Source of the DNA: Hyphomonadaceae bacterium
Lineage (GTDB): Bacteria; Pseudomonadota; Alphaproteobacteria; Rhizobiales; Hyphomicrobiaceae
Assembly (NCBI GenBank): GCA_019747815.1
Contig: JAIEQJ010000056.1
Span: 17,797 to 81,796 of the forward strand
Direction of reading: 5' to 3'
Length of the DNA: 64,000 nucleotides
The notes beneath the pieces were generated by a model, which ran no database searches, was not told where the DNA came from, and worked only from the letters and a program-made list of their open reading frames with translations. The first letter of the stretch is position 1; every line of letters starts with the position of its first letter. Below, piece by piece: positions 58,253-64,000 of the stretch. Made by a program: the position numbers and the translations under genes.

Positions 58253-58971
58253 AGCCGCTTTGCGTCGGCCGTGAAGGCGTAACCGATGCCGCGCACGGTC
58301 TTGATCAAGCGGGGATGGTCAGGATCGGTCTCGACCTTCCTGCGCAGCCGTCCCACCAGGGCGTCGATCGAGCGATCGAGCGGCGACCAGTCGTGGCCTT
58401 TCAGCAAATCCATGATGTTGTCGCGGGATAGAACGCGATGCGGCCGCTTGACGAAGATCTCGAGCAGGTTGAATTCGGCGGTCGTCAGCTCCTGCAGCTC
58501 GCCGTCCTTGCGACCCAGCTCCCGCCGCGTAATGTCCAGCACCATACCATCGAACGCGTAGCGCTCGTTCGCCGAAGGACTTTGCGCGACAGGCCCCTCG
58601 GCCGCGCTGTAGCGTCGCAAGACCGCGCGCACGCGGGCAAGCACCTCCCGCAGCTGAAACGGCTTGGCAATGTAGTCGTCGGCCCCCAGCTCGAGACCGA
58701 CGACGCGATCGATCGTGTCGCCCTTGCCCGTGATCATGATGATGGGAACGTTGCAGCGCCCCCGAACCTCGCGGGCAAGCTCCAGGCCGTCGTCGCCCCC
58801 AAGCGTGAGATCGAGCGTGATGAGGCTGATTGCATCCTGCTCGATCCGCGCTCGCAACTCCGCGCCATTCTTGGCTTCCGTAACTTGAAACCCTTCCCGC
58901 TCGAAACACTTGCGCAGCAGCGCTCGAATCTCGGGCTCGTCATCGACGACAAGGATGTGCACGTTCGCCAT
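58249..58971 (-). CDS. OmpR/PhoB-family response regulator (240 aa)
   Basis: ATG at 58971 (MANVHILVVDDEPEIR). Receiver plus winged helix (LTTAEFNLLEIFV...RSIDALVGRLRRKV...IKTVRGIGY). Confidence 0.9.
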   Translation of the reverse strand: MANVHILVVDDEPEIRALLRKCFEREGFQVTEAKNGAELRARIEQDAISLITLDLTLGGDDGLELAREVRGRCNVPIIMITGKGDTIDRVVGLELGADDYIAKPFQLREVLARVRAVLRRYSAAEGPVAQSPSANERYAFDGMVLDITRRELGRKDGELQELTTAEFNLLEIFVKRPHRVLSRDNIMDLLKGHDWSPLDRSIDALVGRLRRKVETDPDHPRLIKTVRGIGYAFTADAKRL

Positions 58972-59116
58972 CGACAACCGTGGTGGCATCTGAAAGGGCT
59001 GACTGCCGATATACGCGCTTCGACCCACCCTTGTCGATCAGTGCGTTCCAGAAAGCGCACACGCCGCTTGGAGGCGACGCCGGCACCTCGAAGGCATCTG
59101 GTGCGGAGAGCCGCTG

Positions 59117-59136
59117 TTACAATTTCTTACAATTTC
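59117..59136. repeat. tandem direct repeat TTACAATTTC x2
   Basis: Two exact contiguous 10-bp copies, in the divergent region between the OmpR-type regulator (ATG 58971) and the fixK-like gene (ATG 59213). Confidence 0.9.
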
Positions 59137-59212
59137 TTTCTCGATCGCCGAATGCCCGCAGCCGGGCACTGGTTCCTTGCGAACACGACATGCTCGAACC
59201 AGGGAAATCATC

Positions 59213-59929
59213 ATGCTCTCACATGCGCTGTCCTCGACCCCCTCGCTGCTTCTCCCGCTCGCCCATACGAAGCATTGCGAAGCTCCCGCCCCGCGCACGC
59301 TCCACGAGCACTTTTCGCGTGCACCTACGCGCGCTATTGCGGCCAAGGAGCACGTCTTCACGGAGGGCGACCCTAGGTTTCACCTCTACCGTGTCGAGGT
59401 CGGTGCAATCTGCCTGTACAAGGTCATGCCGGACGGTCGTCGCCAAGTCCTGGGCTTTGCCTATCCCGGCGATCTGATCGGCCTTGGCGCTTGCGACGAC
59501 CACCAGTGCAATGCGCAAGCGACCAAGCGGTCCCAGCTGCGCTCCGTGCCCTGGAGCACGGTGCAGCGCCTCGCGCGTCAAGATCCAGCACTTGGACTGA
59601 AACTCTACGAGGCGATTTCGCAAGAGCTTGCAGCCGCGCATGACCTGCTGCTAACGACGGGTCAGCGCAGTGCCGCGGAACGTGTCGCCACCTTCCTGCT
59701 GGCCATGGTCCGCCGCAGCCGGCGCAACGGGCAGGATGCAACCGTCATCGATCTGCCGATGACACGGGCCGACATCGGCGACTTCCTTGGTCTCACAATC
59801 GAAACCGTGAGCCGAACCTTCACCAAGTTGCGGCAGCTCGCGATCATTGATCTGGCTCAAAGCGCCCGCGTGCGTGTGCTCGATATTGAAGCACTGGAGG
59901 GGCTGGCCCAGGGAGATGTCGACCTTTGA
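59213..59929 (+). CDS. fixK: Crp/Fnr-family regulator, FixK-like (238 aa)
   Basis: ATG at 59213. cNMP-like domain. HTH MTRADIGDFLGLTIETVSRTFTKL with E--SR. No N-terminal Fnr Cys cluster. Confidence 0.8.
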   Translation: MLSHALSSTPSLLLPLAHTKHCEAPAPRTLHEHFSRAPTRAIAAKEHVFTEGDPRFHLYRVEVGAICLYKVMPDGRRQVLGFAYPGDLIGLGACDDHQCNAQATKRSQLRSVPWSTVQRLARQDPALGLKLYEAISQELAAAHDLLLTTGQRSAAERVATFLLAMVRRSRRNGQDATVIDLPMTRADIGDFLGLTIETVSRTFTKLRQLAIIDLAQSARVRVLDIEALEGLAQGDVDL

Positions 59930-60021
59930 GCTCCAGTCCCACATGCTCAATGGACGCTTGGCGCGGTCACGGCAAGCACATCAGCCAAGCATCGTCAGTG
60001 GCGCCCGAGGCTAGGGAACAT

Positions 60022-60507
60022 ATGGGAAAGAGCGCTGACCCGTTCCGGCTTGCGATCGGCGTCTTCCACGAGCCTGAGCGGCTCGAGAGTGCGATCACCG
60101 ATCTCTTCGCCGACAACTTCGATCCGCGAGACCTATGCCTCGTCGGAACACGCCAAGCGTTTGACCGCCTCATGCCGATGGCAGGCGCCGCGGTCCCCGC
60201 GCCTGCCAGGGCGTTGCTCACCGGGCAATTCCAACCGCTCTCGCCTCTGGCCGAAAACCAGGACGTCGTCGCTACCTCCGGCGACCTGCTTCGCACGCTA
60301 CTGAGCCACGCCAAATGGTACGGTGCGAGAACACCTCGCTCGTCTCCGTTGCAGGAACTCCTCGCCCGATCGTCGGATCATATTGGGCACGGTGCCATCG
60401 CTCTGCTGGTCAGCGCGCCGGATCCCCTTCGGCAGCACCGCAGCTCGCGCATCCTGCTTCGGCACTCCGCCCATACCGTGCAGACGCACGAATTCACGCC
60501 CAGATAA
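60022..60507 (+). CDS. hypothetical protein (161 aa)
   Basis: ATG at 60022 (MGKSADPFRLAIGVF), between the fixK-like gene and ccoN. No family recognised. Confidence 0.5.
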   Translation: MGKSADPFRLAIGVFHEPERLESAITDLFADNFDPRDLCLVGTRQAFDRLMPMAGAAVPAPARALLTGQFQPLSPLAENQDVVATSGDLLRTLLSHAKWYGARTPRSSPLQELLARSSDHIGHGAIALLVSAPDPLRQHRSSRILLRHSAHTVQTHEFTPR

Positions 60508-60538
60508 CGCCGACCATCCGCAGCAGTCGCTCCGATCC

Positions 60539-60552
60539 TTGATCTACATCAA
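60539..60552. promoter_or_regulatory. FixK/Fnr box TTGATCTACATCAA upstream of ccoN
   Basis: Perfect canonical TTGAT-N4-ATCAA palindrome centred about 96 nt upstream of the ccoN ATG. Confidence 0.75.
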
Positions 60553-60641
60553 CGCGGCCGGACGTTCCCGGGATAACCCTCCCCGCCGGCGCTCATTTCG
60601 CCATCGATGGACTTTGCTCGAGTGATGGGAGGCTAGGCGCA

Positions 60642-62303
60642 ATGGCAGCACCGGGGGTTGAGGAGCGCGCCGCGTTTGCCGACGCCATGGCGTTGTTGGG
60701 CGCCTTGATTGGTGCAGGTATCGGCCTCGCACTACTGCTTGGATCGCGCGATTCCGGCATGGCCTTCCATGGGCTGCTCTTCATGCTGGCCGGTCTGCTC
60801 GCAGCAGCCTTCATTCTGCAACGCTCGTTCGACGGCAATGAGCCGCCCGAGGCGTCAAACGACTACATGGACGGCCCGATCAGGGTTGCCACCATTGCCG
60901 CCGTGATCTGGGGCATCGCCGGCTTTATCGTCGGCGACGTCATTGCCTGGCAGCTCGCCTTCCCCGCACTCAACCTCGACCTGCCGTGGACGAGCTTTGG
61001 CCGGCTGCGGCCGCTCCACACCTCGGCTGTGATCTTTGCCTTCGGTGGCAATGTTCTGATCGCTACTTCCCTCTACGTCGTTCAGCGCACCTGCCACGCC
61101 CGCCTCCCTGGCCGCTGGGCACCCTGGTTCGTGGTGTGGGGCTACCAGCTGTTCATCGCCATTGCCGGCACCGGCTATCTGCTCGGCATCACGCAAAGCA
61201 AGGAATACGCCGAGCCCGAGTGGTACGCCGACCTGTGGTTGACCATCGTATGGGTCGTCTATCTGCTCGTGTTCCTGGGCACGCTGGCCAAGCGCAAGGA
61301 GCCGCATATCTACGTGGCGAACTGGTTCTTTTTGGCCTTCATCGTCACCATCGCCATGCTGCATCTGGTCAACAATGCAACCATCCCCGTCAGCCTAACG
61401 AACCCGAAGAGCTACATCGTCTACTCGGGCGTGCAGGATGCCATGACGCAATGGTGGTACGGCCACAACGCGGTCGGCTTCTTCCTGACCGCCGGCTTCC
61501 TCGGCATCATGTACTATTTCATCCCCAAGCGCGTGGAGCGGCCGGTCTATTCCTACCGTCTCTCCATCGTGCATTTCTGGACCTTGATCTTCCTCTACAT
61601 CTGGGCCGGCCCGCACCATCTGCACTACACCGCGCTCCCCGATTGGGCGCAGACGCTGGGCATGACGTTCTCGATCATGCTGTGGATGCCGTCGTGGGGC
61701 GGCATGATCAACGGCCTCATGACGCTGTCGGGAGCCTGGGACAAGCTGCGCACCGATCCGGTGGTGAGGCTGCTCGTCGTGTCGGTCGCCTTCTACGGCA
61801 TGTCGACCTTCGAGGGTCCGGTGATGAGCATCAAGTCCGTCAACTCGCTGTCGCACTACACGGACTGGACCATCGGCCACGTGCATTCCGGTGCACTAGG
61901 CTGGGTGGCGATGGTGTCCTTCGGCGCCATCTACTGCCTAGTGCCGTGGCTGTGGGGGCGGCGCGGGCTCTACTCGATGCGGCTCGTCGAATGGCACTTC
62001 TGGACCGCGACCATCGGCATCCTGCTCTATATCACGGCCATGTGGGTGTCGGGCATCACGCAGGGCTTGATGTGGCGCGCCTACGACAAGCTGGGCTTCC
62101 TGCAGTACTCGTTCATCGAAACCGTCGAGGCGATGAAGCCCTACTACATGATCCGCGCCGTCGGCGGGCTGCTGTTCCTGATCGGCGCGTTGATCATGGC
62201 CTACAACGTCTGGCGCACCGTACGCGGTGACGAGCCCGTCGATGCGGCTGATCAGCCCCGCATCGCCGCAGCGCCCGAGTTGCGCCTGGCGCCGGCGGAA
62301 TAG
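60642..62303 (+). CDS. ccoN: cbb3-type cytochrome c oxidase subunit I
   Basis: Haem-copper oxidase 12+ TM profile ([34 protein letters not shown]). GGGAGG SD. Confidence 0.95.
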   Translation: MAAPGVEERAAFADAMALLGALIGAGIGLALLLGSRDSGMAFHGLLFMLAGLLAAAFILQRSFDGNEPPEASNDYMDGPIRVATIAAVIWGIAGFIVGDVIAWQLAFPALNLDLPWTSFGRLRPLHTSAVIFAFGGNVLIATSLYVVQRTCHARLPGRWAPWFVVWGYQLFIAIAGTGYLLGITQSKEYAEPEWYADLWLTIVWVVYLLVFLGTLAKRKEPHIYVANWFFLAFIVTIAMLHLVNNATIPVSLTNPKSYIVYSGVQDAMTQWWYGHNAVGFFLTAGFLGIMYYFIPKRVERPVYSYRLSIVHFWTLIFLYIWAGPHHLHYTALPDWAQTLGMTFSIMLWMPSWGGMINGLMTLSGAWDKLRTDPVVRLLVVSVAFYGMSTFEGPVMSIKSVNSLSHYTDWTIGHVHSGALGWVAMVSFGAIYCLVPWLWGRRGLYSMRLVEWHFWTATIGILLYITAMWVSGITQGLMWRAYDKLGFLQYSFIETVEAMKPYYMIRAVGGLLFLIGALIMAYNVWRTVRGDEPVDAADQPRIAAAPELRLAPAE

Positions 62304-62312
62304 GGGAAACCA

Positions 62313-63041
62313 ATGAAACACGAAGTCTTCGAGAAAAACTCGATGCTGCTGCTGATCGGCATTCTGGTGGTCGTCTCGATCGGCGGCATCGTGCAGATCG
62401 CGCCCTTGTTCTGGGTCGAGAGCACGATCGAGAAGGTGAAAGGCATGCGACCCTACTCGCCGCTCGAGCAGGCCGGGCGCGACATCTACATCCGCGAGGG
62501 CTGTTACGGCTGCCACAGCCAGATGGTGCGCACGCTCCGGGACGAGGTGGAGCGCTACGGCCACTACAGTCTGGCCGCCGAGAGCATGTACGACCACCCC
62601 TTCCAATGGGGGTCGAAGCGCACCGGGCCGGATCTGGCACGCGTCGGCGGCAAGTACTCCGATCAATGGCAGGCTGAGCACCTGATCAATCCGCGCGCCG
62701 TCGTGCCGGAGAGCATCATGCCGGGCTATCCCTGGCTCGCCCAGACCAAGCTGGACGTGGAGGATATCGCGGCTCGATTGAAGACGCTCAGACTGGTGGG
62801 CGTTCCTTACACCGACGAGATGATCGAAAAGGCGAAGACCGACCTGGCGGCCCAAGTCACCCCTGATAGCCGGCCGGCGCGCGAGCTGCTGCGCCGCTAC
62901 CCCAAGGCCAAGGTCGGCAAGTTCGACGGCAAGCCGGGCAATGAGCCAACCGAACTCGACGCGCTCGTCGCCTACCTGCAGGTCCTGGGCACGCTCGTCG
63001 ATTTCACCAGCTTCGACGCCTCCGGCCCGAACGCACGCTGA
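62313..63041 (+). CDS. ccoO: cbb3-type cytochrome c oxidase subunit II (monohaem)
   Basis: N-terminal TM helix and haem motif [10 protein letters not shown]. Confidence 0.95.
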   Translation: MKHEVFEKNSMLLLIGILVVVSIGGIVQIAPLFWVESTIEKVKGMRPYSPLEQAGRDIYIREGCYGCHSQMVRTLRDEVERYGHYSLAAESMYDHPFQWGSKRTGPDLARVGGKYSDQWQAEHLINPRAVVPESIMPGYPWLAQTKLDVEDIAARLKTLRLVGVPYTDEMIEKAKTDLAAQVTPDSRPARELLRRYPKAKVGKFDGKPGNEPTELDALVAYLQVLGTLVDFTSFDASGPNAR

Positions 63042-63053
63042 GGGGGCTGCGCC

Positions 63054-63239
63054 ATGACCTATGAAACGATCGCAACGATCAGCCAGGTCACCTCGCTGCT
63101 GCTGTTCATCGCCATGTTCGCAACCGTGCTCGCCTACGCGTTGTGGCCCAGGAACGGACCGCGTTTCGAGGCGGCGCAGCGGCGCGCGCTCGACCTCGGC
63201 CGCGGACCGGACGGCGACACCGGAGGTTCAGGCCAATGA
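63054..63239 (+). CDS. ccoQ: cbb3-type oxidase small subunit
   Basis: 61-aa single-TM ORF between ccoO and ccoP. Its stop overlaps the ccoP ATG (ATGA). Confidence 0.8.
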   Translation: MTYETIATISQVTSLLLFIAMFATVLAYALWPRNGPRFEAAQRRALDLGRGPDGDTGGSGQ

Positions 63240-64000
63240 AGAAGCGCGAGATCGATGACGTCACCGGCGTCGAGACCACCGGGCATGAATGGGATGGCGT
63301 CAAGGAGCTGAACAAGCCACTGCCCAAGTGGTGGCTCTTCACCTTCTATGCCACCATTGTCTGGGCCGTCGGCTACTGGATCGTCTACCCGGCGTGGCCG
63401 ACGTTCACCGGCTACACCACAGGCGTGCTCGGCTACAGCCAGCGCGCCACCGTTGCGGACGAACTCAAGGCCGCGCAAGCCGCCCAAGGCCAGCTCCGCG
63501 ACCTGCTCGAGAAGACGCCCCTCGACCAGATCAGGACCTCGCCCGATCTGCTGCGCTTCGCGATGGCTGGCGGCGCTGCGGCCTTCCAGACCAACTGCGG
63601 ACCCTGTCACGGCCGCGGCGCCCAGGGCTTCACCGGCTATCCCAACCTCAACGACGATGATTGGCTCTGGGGTGGGTCGATCGCGGACATCCACAAGACC
63701 ATCAGCTTCGGCATCCGCTCGGACCAGAAAGATGCGCGCATCTCGCAGATGCCGCGCTATGGCCTGGACAAGCTAATCGATGACGGCCAGATCAACGACG
63801 CTGCTGAATTCGTGCTGTCGCTGACCGGTAAGTCGACCGACCCCGCGGCGGTGGCCAAGGGTCGCACCGTCTTCGCCGACCAATGCGCGAGCTGCCACGG
63901 CCCAGACGGCAAGGGCAAGCAGGATCAGGGCGCGCCGGACCTGGCGGACGAGATCTGGCTCTACGGCGGCTCTCGCCAGGCAGTCATCGAAAGCATCCGC
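63236..64000 (+). CDS. ccoP: cbb3-type oxidase dihaem subunit III, 5' part (runs off the window)
   Basis: My own translation from ATG 63236: MKKREIDDVTGVETTGHEWDGVKELNKPLPKWW..., with CGPCHG and CASCHG haem motifs. Not in the ORF track because no stop falls in the window. Confidence 0.9.
   Translation, partial: MKKREIDDVTGVETTGHEWDGVKELNKPLPKWWLFTFYATIVWAVGYWIVYPAWPTFTGYTTGVLGYSQRATVADELKAAQAAQGQLRDLLEKTPLDQIRTSPDLLRFAMAGGAAAFQTNCGPCHGRGAQGFTGYPNLNDDDWLWGGSIADIHKTISFGIRSDQKDARISQMPRYGLDKLIDDGQINDAAEFVLSLTGKSTDPAAVAKGRTVFADQCASCHGPDGKGKQDQGAPDLADEIWLYGGSRQAVIESIR

Noticed and set aside
1-64000. Mobile elements, CRISPR arrays, tRNA/rRNA genes, and phage or defence-system genes.
   Set aside because: Reading the ORF translations and intergenic DNA turned up no transposase, integrase or recombinase-like ORF. 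It also turned up no spaced repeat array and no tRNA-like cloverleaf region. The compositional islands lack flanking repeats that I could see. A proper tRNAscan, Rfam or ISfinder run could still find small elements I missed.

Overview
High-GC alphaproteobacterial-looking chromosomal segment (Bradyrhizobiaceae-like gene content; the taxon is an inference). It reads as a combined low-oxygen and copper island. All family names come from motif recognition by eye, not from database searches. ORF-track coordinates are kept with the stop codon included, and starts were re-picked where the track over-extends an ORF. Main blocks: (1) 1-7.7 kb: 3' end of a P1B ATPase, an MFS transporter, a CBS-BON protein, an archaeal-type SAM synthetase, a low-GC DUF305 gene, a thiolase and a first DUF2933 + ICMT-like methyltransferase pair. 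(2) 8.2-9.8 kb: a frameshifted oleate hydratase. (3) 10.0-23.9 kb: one unbroken minus-strand gene string. In transcription order it runs CopL-like Cys-rich protein, DUF5676, DUF3141, cfa, three small Cys/His/Met-rich proteins, ackA, pta, a PHBC_N mini-protein, fabI, a membrane protein, a YHS-like micro-ORF, copA, a cupredoxin, a second DUF2933 + methyltransferase pair and two membrane proteins. (4) 24.1-27.7 kb: cueR with a textbook MerR-type promoter, then a multicopper oxidase preceded by a second CopL-like gene. (5) 30.7-32.1 kb: a hemerythrin flanked by two Cys4 (DUF6455-like) proteins. (6) 32.1-45.2 kb: narR-like regulator, fused narK, narGHJI, a parvulin, nnrS and a 2Fe-2S protein. (7) 45.3-56.1 kb: USP, CBS, NQO, permease, a kinase/Pat acetyltransferase and an ADH. 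(8) 56.3-64.0 kb: FixL-type haem-PAS hybrid kinase, an OmpR-type regulator, fixK-like gene and ccoNOQP (ccoP runs off the window). Eleven perfect TTGAY-N4-RTCAA (Fnr/FixK-type) palindromes sit in intergenic regions. I saw no tRNA, rRNA, CRISPR array, transposase or integrase.
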